IMG/VR virus record: IMGVR_UViG_2939521961_000002
Reading direction: 5' to 3' (one strand)
Length of the DNA stretch: 47,124 bases
Source of the DNA: a virus
Lineage: Duplodnaviria; Heunggongvirae; Uroviricota; Caudoviricetes
Shown here one piece after another: positions 1 to 8,445 of the stretch. How positions within the stretch are numbered: position 1 is the stretch's first letter; each line of letters begins with the position of its first letter. A model generated the notes under the pieces. The model was given only the letters and a program-made list of their open reading frames with translations, ran no database searches and was not told the DNA's origin. Made by a program: the position numbers and the translations under genes.

Positions 1-1164
1 TTACGCCTTCTTTATATCCTCCATAATTCCAGAGTGGGACATATTTGGGACATTATCACCAAAAATGTCGTCTATTTTCCTCGCATGCTCTGTCAAATGA
101 TTAGGCGCAAGGTGAGCATACCTACGAACCATTTCTATGGACTCCCATCCGCCCATTTCCTGAAGCACTGATAATGGGACGCCTGACTGAATCAGCCAGC
201 TTGCCCAGGTGTGTCTGAGGTCATGGAAACGGAAATCTTCAATTCCTGCACGACGACAAGCTGATAGCCATGATGTCTTGCTGTCGATGCGCATCTTCCT
301 GACCGCAGGCGTTGATGTTCCATCTGCTCGCTTAGCCGCCTTGGTATGTACAAACACCCATTTGTGATGCTTGCCTATTTGATCACGCAACACTTTACAG
401 GCGGTATCGTTCAGCGCCACACCAATGGCGCGGTTTGATTTGCTCTCTTCTGGATTCACCCAGGCAACTCGTCGCTGCATGTCGATTTGTTGCCATTCCA
501 GATTTATGATGTTCGACTTTCTCAGACCAGTTGCCAGCGCAAACTTGACGACAGATTTCAGTGGTTCGGGGCACTCATCAATAAGGCGTTTTGCTTCCTC
601 CTTTTCCAGCCATCTGACTCGCTTGTTTCTGACCGCTGGTATCTTGATGACAGGCGCTTTTTCCAGCCACTTCCAGTCGCGTTCTGCAGCACGGAGAATG
701 GCCTTTATCATGGCAAGATGCTTTGCCTTTGTCTGAGTTGATACTGGCTTTGGTTCATAAACAGGCGGTTCTTTACCTTTCCTGATGGCGGCCTGAACTT
801 TCTGTTTCCATATTTCTTTCGTCTTTCTGTTATGCATTCTGCTTACAGCAGAGTAAATCTTTGCCTCCGAGATATCTTTAAGCCTTATACCCTCAAAATG
901 TTCAAGCCAGAACTCAATCCGGCTTTTATCTGAATCGAGAGATTTTTTATCAGCTTTTTCCTCAAGCCATCTTAGGCAGGCCTCTTCAAAAGTGACATCA
1001 GGTAAATCCCCTAGCTTTTCTACTCGCCAGAGTTCTGCTTTTCGCTTGTCGTGCAACTCCTGAGCTTGCCGCTTGTCCTTTGTGCCAAGAGATTCCTTAA
1101 TTCGTTTCCCGCCCGGGAGCGAATACGAGGCATACCATATTTCATTTCTGCGGAAGAGTGACAT
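1..1164 (-). CDS. int: Tyrosine integrase (DLP12 IntD-like phage integrase)
   Basis: 387-aa ORF; C-terminal catalytic region ([22 protein letters not shown]) typical of tyrosine recombinases; sits at prophage edge next to xis; stop codon at window position 1-3. Confidence 0.9.
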   Translation of the reverse strand: MSLFRRNEIWYASYSLPGGKRIKESLGTKDKRQAQELHDKRKAELWRVEKLGDLPDVTFEEACLRWLEEKADKKSLDSDKSRIEFWLEHFEGIRLKDISEAKIYSAVSRMHNRKTKEIWKQKVQAAIRKGKEPPVYEPKPVSTQTKAKHLAMIKAILRAAERDWKWLEKAPVIKIPAVRNKRVRWLEKEEAKRLIDECPEPLKSVVKFALATGLRKSNIINLEWQQIDMQRRVAWVNPEESKSNRAIGVALNDTACKVLRDQIGKHHKWVFVHTKAAKRADGTSTPAVRKMRIDSKTSWLSACRRAGIEDFRFHDLRHTWASWLIQSGVPLSVLQEMGGWESIEMVRRYAHLAPNHLTEHARKIDDIFGDNVPNMSHSGIMEDIKKA

Positions 1165-1391
1165 TTTCTTTCCTCTGTTATGCCATCACCCGCGCTCACC
1201 TGGACAGTATGCAGCGGAGACTGAAGCGCCGCAATGCAGGCTTGCCGTGTTGTGAGGTAAGGAGATTTTGGCTTGGTTGGATCTTTACGTGTTGCCTGTA
1301 GGCGGCCTGTTCGTATCCAGTTGGTGGCGGTTGGTCTGGATATCTTAAGAAACTGACAGGCCTCATCGAGTGTGAGGCTGTATGATTCCAT
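1020..1391 (-). CDS. xis: Excisionase-like protein (AlpA/Xis-type HTH)
   Basis: Start chosen at internal ATG ([31 protein letters not shown]) preceded by AGAGG; N-terminal HTH resembles phage excisionases; overlaps int start as in lambda xis/int. Confidence 0.55.
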   Translation of the reverse strand: MESYSLTLDEACQFLKISRPTATNWIRTGRLQATRKDPTKPKSPYLTTRQACIAALQSPLHTVQVSAGDGITEERKCHSSAEMKYGMPRIRSRAGNELRNLLAQRTSGKLRSCTTSEKQNSGE

Positions 1392-1641
1392 GGTTACCTC
1401 TGCTTTTTGAACGCATGTCACGTAACTTCTTAATGTGTTCTGCCGTTTCGATCTCTTCTGCTATCCGATCTGCATCAGCTTTATTCACAGGTTCAAAGTC
1501 ATGATTAAAGCGGAACATGCTGGCGATACATGTTCTGCCTTTTCGGATGTAGTGAACTTTGTTGTGGGTAGAACGCAGGATTTTGCAGGGAGTGCCGTGG
1601 TGGTCGACGTACCAGGTGTTAGGAAAAATGATTCTGAACAT
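1363..1641 (-). CDS. Hypothetical early-left protein (92 aa)
   Basis: ORF with GAGG 9 nt upstream of ATG; same orientation as pL operon; no family recognised. Confidence 0.4.
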   Translation of the reverse strand: MFRIIFPNTWYVDHHGTPCKILRSTHNKVHYIRKGRTCIASMFRFNHDFEPVNKADADRIAEEIETAEHIKKLRDMRSKSRGNHGIIQPHTR

Positions 1642-1688
1642 TTTTACACCTCAGTTGGACGATGTTGAAATTTGCTGCTTTGAGGCCA

Positions 1689-1907
1689 TCACAGTCCCCA
1701 TTGTTTGTTCTTAAGTTCGATCTCCTCCTGGCAACTTGCACAAGTCCGACAACCCTGAACAGCCAGGCGTCTTCGCTCATCTATCGGATCGCCACACTCA
1801 CAACAATGAGTTGCGGATACAGTCTGGTAGTTCTGACGACGCATTTTTATTGCTGTATTGCGCTGTAATTCTTCGATTTCTGATGCTGAATCAATGATGT
1901 CTGCCAT
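1689..1907 (-). CDS. TraR/DksA-family C4 zinc-finger protein (lambda Orf73-like)
   Basis: 72 aa with CCECGDPI...CRTCASC four-cysteine motif characteristic of the TraR/DksA family; RBS-like GGAAG upstream. Confidence 0.7.
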   Translation of the reverse strand: MADIIDSASEIEELQRNTAIKMRRQNYQTVSATHCCECGDPIDERRRLAVQGCRTCASCQEEIELKNKQWGL

Positions 1908-1961
1908 CTTCCATTAATCCCTGAATTGTTGGTTAATACGCTTGAGGATGAATGCGAACAA

Positions 1962-1983
1962 TAAAAAAGGAGCCTGTAGCTCC
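1962..1983 (-). terminator. Putative intrinsic terminator (minus strand)
   Basis: Hairpin GGAGC-CTGTA-GCTCC (read on minus: GGAGCTACAGGCTCC) followed by TTTTTT on the minus strand, between two early-left ORFs. Confidence 0.4.
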
Positions 1984-2005
1984 CTGATGATTTTGCTTTT
2001 CATGT

Positions 2006-2221
2006 TCACCGTTCCTTAAAGACGCCGTTTAACATGCCGATCGCCAGGCTTAAATGAGTCGGTGTGAATCCCATCAGCGTTACCGTTTCGCGGTGCTTCT
2101 TTAGTACGCTACGGCAAATGTCATCGACGTTTTTATCCGGAAAATGCTGTCTGGCTTTTTTGATTTCAGAATTAGCCTGACGGGCAATGCTGCGAAGGGC
2201 GTTTTCTTGCTGAGGTGTCAT
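2006..2221 (-). CDS. Hypothetical early-left protein (71 aa from internal ATG)
   Basis: ORF MTPQQENALRSIARQ...; start chosen at ATG with GGGG upstream; no family recognised. Confidence 0.35.
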   Translation of the reverse strand: MTPQQENALRSIARQANSEIKKARQHFPDKNVDDICRSVLKKHRETVTLMGFTPTHLSLAIGMLNGVFKER

Positions 2222-2297
2222 TGAACAAGCCCCATGTCGGCAAGCATAAGCACACAGAATATGAAGCCCGCTGCCAGAAAAATGCATTCAGTGGTTG

Positions 2298-2489
2298 TCA
2301 TACCTGGTCTCTCTCATCTGCTTCTGCTTTCGCCACCATCATTTCCAGCTTTTGTGAAAGGGATGTGGCTAACGTATGAAATTCTTCGTCTGTTTCTACT
2401 GGTATTGGCACAAACCTGACTCCAATTTGAGCAAGGCTATGTGCCATCTCAATACTCGTTCTTAACTCAACAGGAGATGCTTTGTGCAT
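2298..2489 (-). CDS. Hypothetical early-left protein (63 aa)
   Basis: Small ORF downstream of exo in the pL operon; start uncertain. Confidence 0.3.
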   Translation of the reverse strand: MHKASPVELRTSIEMAHSLAQIGVRFVPIPVETDEEFHTLATSLSQKLEMMVAKAEADERDQV

Positions 2490-2640
2490 ACCGCCTCCCG
2501 TTTATTATTTATCTTCTCAGCCAGCCGCTGTGCTTTCAGTGGATTTCTGATAACAGAAAGGCCGGGAAATACCCAGCCTCGCTTTGTAACGGAGTAGACG
2601 AAAGTGATCGCGCCTACCCGGATATTATCGTGAGGATGCG

Positions 2641-3321
2641 TCATCGCCATTGCTCCCCAAATACAAAACCAATTTCAGCCAGTGCCTCGTCCATTTTTTC
2701 GATGAACTCCGGCACCATCTCGTCAAAACTCGCCATGTACTTTTCATTCCGCTCAATCACGACATAATGCAGGCCTTCACGCTTCATGCGCGGGTCATAG
2801 TTGGCAAAGTACCAGGCATCTTTTCGCGTCACCCACATGCTGTACTGCACCTGGGCCATGTAAGCCGATTTTATTGCCTCGAAACCACCGAGCCGGAATT
2901 TCATGAAATCCCGGGAGGTAAACGGGCATTTCAGTTCAAGGCCGTTGCCGTCACTGCATAAACCATCGGGAGAGCAGGCGGTGCGCATACTTTCGTCGCG
3001 ATAGATGATCGGGGATTCAGTAATATTCACGCCGGAAGTGAATTCAAACAGGGTTCTGGCGTCGTTCTCGTACTGTTTTCCCCAGGCCAGCGCCTTAGCA
3101 TTAACTTCCGGAGCCACACCGGTGCAAACCTCAGCCAGCAGGGTGTGGAAGTAGGACATTTTCATGTCAGGCCACTTCTTTCCTGAGCGGGGCTTTGCTA
3201 TCACGTTGTGAACTTCTGAAGCGGTGATGACGCCGAGCCGTAATTTGTGCCATGCATCATCCCCCTGTTCGACAGCTCTCACGTCGATCCCGGTACGCTG
3301 CAGGATAATGTCCGGTATCAT
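2641..3321 (-). CDS. exo: Lambda exonuclease (Red alpha)
   Basis: 226-aa product matches phage lambda Exo from memory ([40 protein letters not shown]...GFVFGEQWR); overlaps bet stop as in lambda. Confidence 0.95.
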   Translation of the reverse strand: MIPDIILQRTGIDVRAVEQGDDAWHKLRLGVITASEVHNVIAKPRSGKKWPDMKMSYFHTLLAEVCTGVAPEVNAKALAWGKQYENDARTLFEFTSGVNITESPIIYRDESMRTACSPDGLCSDGNGLELKCPFTSRDFMKFRLGGFEAIKSAYMAQVQYSMWVTRKDAWYFANYDPRMKREGLHYVVIERNEKYMASFDEMVPEFIEKMDEALAEIGFVFGEQWR

Positions 3322-3842
3322 GCTGCCACCTTCTGCTCAGTGGCTTTCTGTTTCAGGAATCCAAGAGCTTTCACTGCTTCGGCCTGTGTCAGTTCTGACG
3401 ATGCGCGAATGTCGCGGCGAAATATCTGGGAACAGAGCGGCAATAAGTCGTCATCCCATGTTTTATCCAGGGCGATCAGCAGAGTGTTAATCTCCTGCAT
3501 GGTTTCATCGTTAACCGGAGTGATGTCGCGTTCTGGCTGACGTTCTGCAGTGTATGCAGTATTTTCGACAATGCGCTCGGCTTCATCCTTGTCATAGATA
3601 CCAGCAAATCCGAAGGCCAGACGGGCACACTGAATCATGGCTTTATGCCGTAACATCCGTTTGGGATGCGACTGCCACGGCCCCGTGATTTCTCTGCCTT
3701 CGCGGGTTTTGAATGGTTCGCGGCGGCATTCATCCATCCATTCGGTAACGCAGATCGGATGATTACGGTCCTTGCGGTAAATCCGGCATGAACCGCCCCG
3801 GAAATCCTGGAGACTAAACTCCCTGAGAAAGAGGTAAACAGG

Positions 3843-4169
3843 ATGACTAAAAATACTCGTTTTTCCCCCGAAGTCCGTCAGCGGGCGATTCGTATGGTTC
3901 TGGAAAGTCAGGATGAATATGACTCACAGTGGGCGGCAATTTGTTCCATTGCCCCAAAGATTGGCTGTACGCCGGAGACTCTGCGTGTCTGGGTTCGCCA
4001 GCATGAGCGGGATACCGGGGGCGGTGATGGTGGGCTCACCAGTGCTGAACGTCAGCGTCTGAAAGAGCTGGAACGTGAAAATCGTGAACTGCGCCGCAGT
4101 AACGATATCCTTCGCCAGGCTTCCGCTTATTTTGCGAAGGCGGAGTTCGACCGCCTCTGGAAAAAATGA
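3843..4169 (+). CDS. IS3-family transposase OrfA (HTH)
   Basis: 108 aa [30 protein letters not shown]...; leucine-zipper-like C-terminus; overlaps orfB by 4 nt at an A-rich site typical of -1 frameshifting. Confidence 0.85.
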   Translation: MTKNTRFSPEVRQRAIRMVLESQDEYDSQWAAICSIAPKIGCTPETLRVWVRQHERDTGGGDGGLTSAERQRLKELERENRELRRSNDILRQASAYFAKAEFDRLWKK

Positions 4170-5056
4170 TGCCACTGCTGGATAAGCTGCGTGAGCAGTA
4201 CGGGGTCGGACCGGTATGCAGCGAACTGCATATTGCCCCGTCAACGTATTACCATTGTCAGCAACAGCGACATCATCCGGATAAACGCAGTGCCCGTGCG
4301 CAGCACGATGACTGGCTGAAGAAAGAGATACAGCGCGTATACGATGAAAATCACCAGGTATACGGTGTGCGTAAAGTCTGGCGTCAGTTGTTACGGGAAG
4401 GTATCAGAGTGGCCAGATGCACTGTGGCACGTCTCATGGCAGTTATGGGACTTGCCGGTGTTCTCCGGGGTAAAAAGGTCCGCACTACCGTCAGCCGGAA
4501 AGCCGTTGCCGCATGCGACCGCGTAAACCGTCAGTTCGTGGCAGAACGTCCAGACCAGTTGTGGGTGGCTGATTTTACCTGGGTAAGCACATGGCAGGGC
4601 TTCGTTTATGTGGCGTTCATCATTGATGTGTTCGCCGGATACATCGTGGGATGGCAGGTCTCATCATCCATGGAAACAACATTCGTGCTGGATGCACTGG
4701 AGCAGGCGTTGTGGGCCCGTCGGCCGTCCGGCACAATCCATCACAGTGATAAAGGTTCTCAGTATGTATCGCTGGCCTACACGCAGCGGCTTAAGGAAGC
4801 CGGATTACTGGCATCAACAGGGAGTACTGGCGACTCGTATGACAACGCGATGGCTGAGAGCATCAATGGTCTTTACAAAGCGGAGGTAATACACCGTAAT
4901 AGCTGGAAAAACCGGACAGAAGTGGAACTGGCCACACTAACGTGGGTGGACTGGTATAACAATCGACGATTGCTGGAAAGGCTGGGCCATATTCCTCCGG
5001 CAGAAGCAGAAAAAGCTTATTATGCTTCCATCGGAAATAATGATCTGGCAGCCTGA
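4166..5056 (+). CDS. IS3-family transposase OrfB (DDE integrase core)
   Basis: 296 aa with DDE-type catalytic core (…WVADFT…HSDKGSQY…YDNAMAES…). Confidence 0.85.
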   Translation: MMPLLDKLREQYGVGPVCSELHIAPSTYYHCQQQRHHPDKRSARAQHDDWLKKEIQRVYDENHQVYGVRKVWRQLLREGIRVARCTVARLMAVMGLAGVLRGKKVRTTVSRKAVAACDRVNRQFVAERPDQLWVADFTWVSTWQGFVYVAFIIDVFAGYIVGWQVSSSMETTFVLDALEQALWARRPSGTIHHSDKGSQYVSLAYTQRLKEAGLLASTGSTGDSYDNAMAESINGLYKAEVIHRNSWKNRTEVELATLTWVDWYNNRRLLERLGHIPPAEAEKAYYASIGNNDLAA

Positions 5057-5421
5057 GTTCACAGATAAAATACTCTCCAGGAAACCCGGGGCGGTTCAGC
5101 ATGTACAGGATTCATTGTCCTGCTCAAAGTCCATGCCATCAAACTGCTGGTTTTCATTGATGATGCGGGACCAGCCATCAACGCCCACCACCGGAACAAT
5201 GCCGTTCTGCTTATCAGGGAAGGCGTAAATTTCTTTCGTCCACGGATTAAGGCCGTACTGGTTGGCGACGATCAACAATGCGATGAACTGCGCATCGCTG
5301 GCATCACCTTTAAATGCCGTCTGGCGAAGAGTGGTGATCAGTTCCTGTGGGTCGACAGAATCCATGCCGACACGTTCAGCCAGCTTCCCTGCCAGCGTTG
5401 CGAGTGCTGTACTCATCCGTT

Positions 5422-5718
5422 TTATACCTCTGAATCAATATCAACCTGGTGGTGAGCAATGGTTTCAACCATGTACCGGATGTGTTCTGCCATGCGCTCC
5501 TGAAACTCAACATCGTCATCAAACGCACGGGTAATGGCTTTTTTGCTGGCCCCGTGGCGTTGCAAATGATCGATGCATAGCGATTCAAACAGGTGCTGGG
5601 GCAGGCCTTTTTCCATGTCGTCTGCCAGTTCTGCCTCTTTCTCTTCACGGGCGATCTGCTGGTAGTGACGCGCCCAGCTCTGAGCCTCAAGACGATCCTG
5701 AATGTAATAAGCGTTCAT
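5422..5718 (-). CDS. gam: Gam (RecBCD inhibitor), short form
   Basis: 98 aa matches lambda GamS ([21 protein letters not shown]...[10 protein letters not shown]); the upstream in-frame region is diverged from lambda and closed by a stop at 5794..5796. Confidence 0.9.
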   Translation of the reverse strand: MNAYYIQDRLEAQSWARHYQQIAREEKEAELADDMEKGLPQHLFESLCIDHLQRHGASKKAITRAFDDDVEFQERMAEHIRYMVETIAHHQVDIDSEV

Positions 5719-5793
5719 GGCTGAACTCCTGAAAATGGCTGTGAAAAAATCGCCCGCGGAATGCCAGGCTGATTCGGAAAACAGGAAAGGGGA

Positions 5794-6084
5794 TTAGTGA
5801 TTCAGAGCGTTGCCGCGTCCGTCGAGAAAAACTTCCACGAGCAAGTCACGGGTATAAGTGCGCTCAATGCCGCGATGCAGATAAAGTCGTCCGCGTAAAT
5901 TAGCTGATGCAGTCCAGGTACCATCTTTGCGTTTGACCAGCATTCCTGGCATGACTGCACCGCGATTAACGGTCTGCGTTCCGTAATGTTGATGAACCAT
6001 AAAAACTCCTGCCCGTAAGCTGGGCTGCTGAACATATAAAGACTTCTGCGCGTATTCAGGCGGTGGATGGCCGCCGGTTGTCAT
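5794..6084 (-). CDS. Hypothetical protein, first ORF downstream of putative pL (kil/cIII position)
   Basis: 96-aa ORF in frame with gam but separated by TAA; no family recognised; see finding on the in-frame Arg-rich upstream ORF. Confidence 0.35.
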   Translation of the reverse strand: MTTGGHPPPEYAQKSLYVQQPSLRAGVFMVHQHYGTQTVNRGAVMPGMLVKRKDGTWTASANLRGRLYLHRGIERTYTRDLLVEVFLDGRGNALNH

Positions 6085-6277
6085 AACTAAGCCGCCTCGT
6101 TGAAGCGACTAAGGTATGAAATGTTGAGTTGATTTCAGCTGGTCACACCGACGTTCACGCGTCCGTTTCATCCCTCGCACTCCCCGAAGCCTGCTGAAAT
6201 TCAAGCTGCGGATCTAAGCGGTCATCGCAACGGTGAATCAGGTGATTGCCGTATCGTTGTGTTGTTGCGATGAACTC

Positions 6278-6350
6278 ATTTAAAACTATAGTTGTTTTAT
6301 CGTCAACAACAAAAGTTGTTTTGTTGGTTGTTTTAGATATAACTGGTTGT
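6278..6350 (-). promoter_or_regulatory. Putative pL promoter with OL operator repeats
   Basis: On the minus strand TTGACG (plus 6301..6306), 17-nt spacer, TTAAAT (plus 6278..6283); three GTTGTTTT half-site repeats resembling the AACAACC motifs at OR. Confidence 0.35.
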
Positions 6351-6449
6351 ATTTAAGATGGATTTATTTTGTGACTTGCATCGCATAGCGATAACTGAAG
6401 CGAGGTCGTGGTGGTTTTTTTGAACGGTGTATGATGAGGGGAGGGCAAA

Positions 6450-6476
6450 AGAAAACCCGGCACGGTGGCCGGGTTT
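6450..6476 (-). terminator. Intrinsic terminator downstream of the cI-linked operon
   Basis: Hairpin CCCGGC-ACGGTG-GCCGGG flanked by A-run and T-run (AAAACCCGGCACGGTGGCCGGGTTT); followed by TTTT on the minus strand. Confidence 0.5.
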
Positions 6477-6550
6477 AGATGATTGGTTAAGAGCGAGGGT
6501 AATGGGGAATGAAAAATCGCTTTACCTAATGCAAGGGTGCGAGCATTTTC

Positions 6551-6994
6551 TTAAGCACTAAAGAAAAAGTACATTGATAGCTTATAAAGTCCTGTTCCTG
6601 CAGCGATGATTGCTGGAACACCAAGCAATACCGCAAGCTTTGCGTCTGAAATCTTTCTATCGACAGCATCACTTGATGGCTTGTTTGTTAAGGATTCTTT
6701 TATAGAGTCCAGACGTGCAAGAATAGTTATCATATTTTTGTCGATAGCTTTAACGTCTGTTTTAAGTTCATCAACGTCTCGTTTGATATGAGCAACATCG
6801 GACTCCAGTTTTGCAACTTTTTCAGGCATGTTATCACTCCCAGACCCACTGCTACCACTTGATTGTAGCATGTCCCATCTTTTTCCAGATATACCTGCTA
6901 GCTGGGAAGACGCACTGGAGTGCAAACAAAATGATTCTGCCGCCTTTGCAATTTTATCATTTAGGTTTGGAGCTTCGTAATAATCGTGTTTCAT
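6551..6994 (-). CDS. Hypothetical tail-anchored coiled-coil membrane protein (rexB position)
   Basis: 147 aa; Ser/Gly linker, heptad-like coiled coil (KVAKLESDVAHIKRDVDELKTDVKAIDKN...), single C-terminal hydrophobic helix (AKLAVLLGVPAIIAAGTGLY); 12 nt after upstream ORF stop, no clear SD (possible coupling). Confidence 0.55.
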   Translation of the reverse strand: MKHDYYEAPNLNDKIAKAAESFCLHSSASSQLAGISGKRWDMLQSSGSSGSGSDNMPEKVAKLESDVAHIKRDVDELKTDVKAIDKNMITILARLDSIKESLTNKPSSDAVDRKISDAKLAVLLGVPAIIAAGTGLYKLSMYFFFSA

Positions 6995-7006
6995 AATTAA
7001 TTACGA

Positions 7007-7270
7007 TTAGTTTGTTTTAGCTTTGTCATGCTGGTCGCGAATGAAGTCAGCCAATTTAAGCATCAATTCTTCGGGCATTCTAATGGTTGCAATGTTGTAC
7101 TTTATGTTCTCAACATCGTCACTTTCATCAACAGGCCATTCAGTTACATTATGAAAAAAAGAAATTGAACCTAGGCGCTGAGAGCCGTCACCAAACGAAG
7201 AGTAGCCAAACGCGTCGGCGTATGCATCGACACAGTTATTTGATTTTTTAACAAGTGTTTTATTACTCAT
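7007..7270 (-). CDS. Hypothetical small protein with C-terminal ribbon-helix-helix-like motif (rexA position)
   Basis: 87 aa; C-terminus IATIRMPEELMLKLADFIRDQ resembles an RHH beta-strand plus helix; AAAGG 5 nt upstream of ATG; 81 nt downstream of cI stop, same strand. Confidence 0.55.
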   Translation of the reverse strand: MSNKTLVKKSNNCVDAYADAFGYSSFGDGSQRLGSISFFHNVTEWPVDESDDVENIKYNIATIRMPEELMLKLADFIRDQHDKAKTN

Positions 7271-7351
7271 TTTTGCCTTTCCCGTAATGTTATTTTTTAT
7301 AAGGTATTTTCTTCAGCGTATTACCCAAAAGCCTCATCAACACGCGGCTGA

Positions 7352-8041
7352 TTATCCGTGTTTTCTGTACGTCTGCGGCATGCTCCCAATAACCTTACCG
7401 AATATGAATACCCGGTTCATCTCGTCTTTCTCGATAGGGTCCCACGGTGAGTAGCTCTTGTTATCAGAGATAACCAGCAGTTTATCCTTCATCATTTGCA
7501 GGCGCTTTACATGGGCGGTGTCGTCGTACAGAAATGCATAGATACCATCACCGTCGAAAGATTTAACCGTGATATCAACGAACAGCAGATCACCTGGTTC
7601 GATCGTTCCTGACATGCTGTCACCACGCACGTTAATGATGCGGATATTTTCTGCCTTCCTACCATCGAACATGTGACGAGCATCGTCAAACGAGTACTCA
7701 ACCGAGCGTAGAACTTCTACAAACTCACGGTTGATGACTCCCGGCCCAGCACTGACTTCTATATCAAGAACGTCAATCTTGAAGTATTTGGAATGGCTGA
7801 CAGTTGATTGTATTGGTTGCACTGTACTGTCTGACATATTTCCAACGCCAGAAGATAACCATTCTGCGCGCACACCCAAAGCGTTCGCGATCTCCACGAT
7901 TTTAGTTGTTTGATTAGCTTTCCCTGTTTCGATTTTCTGAATAGCAGCCTGGCTAACCCCGACCAAATCCCCAAGCGCCTTTTGTGTAAGGCCTCGCGCT
8001 AATCTGGCTTCTTTAAGTCTTTCTGAGAGTGTTGTTTTCAT
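7352..8041 (-). CDS. cI: cI-type repressor (N-terminal HTH, C-terminal LexA/S24-like self-cleavage domain)
   Basis: 229 aa from internal ATG (MKTTLSERLKEARLARGLTQKALGDLVGVSQAAIQKIETGK...); C-terminal ...NVRGDSMSGT...HVKRL... Ser/Lys dyad-like motifs; start lies at a leaderless-type PRM as in lambda. Confidence 0.85.
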   Translation of the reverse strand: MKTTLSERLKEARLARGLTQKALGDLVGVSQAAIQKIETGKANQTTKIVEIANALGVRAEWLSSGVGNMSDSTVQPIQSTVSHSKYFKIDVLDIEVSAGPGVINREFVEVLRSVEYSFDDARHMFDGRKAENIRIINVRGDSMSGTIEPGDLLFVDITVKSFDGDGIYAFLYDDTAHVKRLQMMKDKLLVISDNKSYSPWDPIEKDEMNRVFIFGKVIGSMPQTYRKHG

Positions 8042-8120
8042 AGTCCAAATGTACAACCAAGGTTTTATTCCATCAAACGAAAATGGTTGTTGACTAAAAA
8101 CAACCATAGTTTTAATCTTG
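8042..8120. promoter_or_regulatory. Immunity operator/promoter region (OR, PRM, PR)
   Basis: Palindromic operator ATGGTTGTT-N7-AACAACCAT (8083..8107); PR -35 TTGACT (8089..8094) with downstream -10-like TTAATC/TAATCT; PRM on the minus strand TTGATG (plus 8071..8076) - 17 nt - TACATT (plus 8048..8053) placing the start at the cI ATG. Confidence 0.55.
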
Positions 8121-8145
8121 ATTCAAATTAACCACGGAGGTTGTT

Positions 8146-8376
8146 ATGAACCCAGCTATCAAAACAGCGATCAATATCGTTGGTTCACAAAAGAAACTGG
8201 GCGCTGCCTGCGAAGTTTCACAGCAGGCCGTCTATAAGTGGCTTCACAACAAAGCAAAGGTATCCCCTGAACATGTCGGCAGCATTGTTACGGCTACTGG
8301 TGGAGTAGTGAAGGCATACCAGATTCGCCCGGATCTTCCGAAGTTGTTTCCACACACCGAAAAGAACGCAGCTTAA
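8146..8376 (+). CDS. cro: Cro-like HTH repressor (YdaS/Cro family)
   Basis: 76 aa; GGAGG 6 nt upstream; divergent from cI across the operator region; HTH GAACEVSQQAVYKWL. Confidence 0.7.
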   Translation: MNPAIKTAINIVGSQKKLGAACEVSQQAVYKWLHNKAKVSPEHVGSIVTATGGVVKAYQIRPDLPKLFPHTEKNAA

Positions 8377-8388
8377 ATTTCCATTTCA

Positions 8389-8400
8389 CGCTCTTTAACA
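8389..8400 (+). promoter_or_regulatory. boxA-like antitermination element (nutR position)
   Basis: CGCTCTTTAACA just downstream of cro matches the boxA consensus (CGCTCTTA; rrn-type GCTCTTTAACAA); no obvious boxB hairpin follows. Confidence 0.3.
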
Positions 8401-8445
8401 ATAAGCAATCAACTTAACAGTCAATTCAAACTAAAGGAGTCAATT

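Larger units (their letters stand above)
3789..5098 (+). mobile_element. IS3-family insertion sequence (IS629/IS1203-like), copy 1
   Basis: 1310 bp; imperfect terminal inverted repeats beginning TGAACCGCCCCGG at both ends; flanked by 3-bp direct repeat GCA (3786..3788 and 5099..5101); encodes overlapping orfA/orfB. Confidence 0.9.
3318..5416 (-). pseudogene. bet: Red beta (bet) disrupted by IS insertion
   Basis: N-terminal 106 codons (5099..5416, MSTALATLAGKLAERVG...NESCTC) and C-terminal part (3318..3788, CRIYRKDRNHPICVTEWMDECRREPFK...) both match lambda Bet; separated by a 1310-bp IS at 3789..5098 with duplicated Cys codon (TSD GCA). Confidence 0.9.

Noticed and set aside
1-120. tRNA gene or attachment site at the left edge
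   Set aside because: The window starts at the integrase stop codon; no tRNA-like structure or att core is contained within the window.
425-741. Two plus-strand ORFs of 84-103 aa
   Set aside because: Embedded antisense within the integrase gene.
2462-2650. 62-aa minus-strand ORF just downstream of exo
   Set aside because: Overlaps both the exo stop and the next ORF; may correspond to a small lambda early-left ORF, but I could not support it beyond being open.
8042-8107. Longer cI start at 8107 (22 extra N-terminal residues)
   Set aside because: It would run through the operator/promoter region; the internal ATG at 8041 sits at a leaderless-type PRM and begins directly at the HTH-containing N-terminus.
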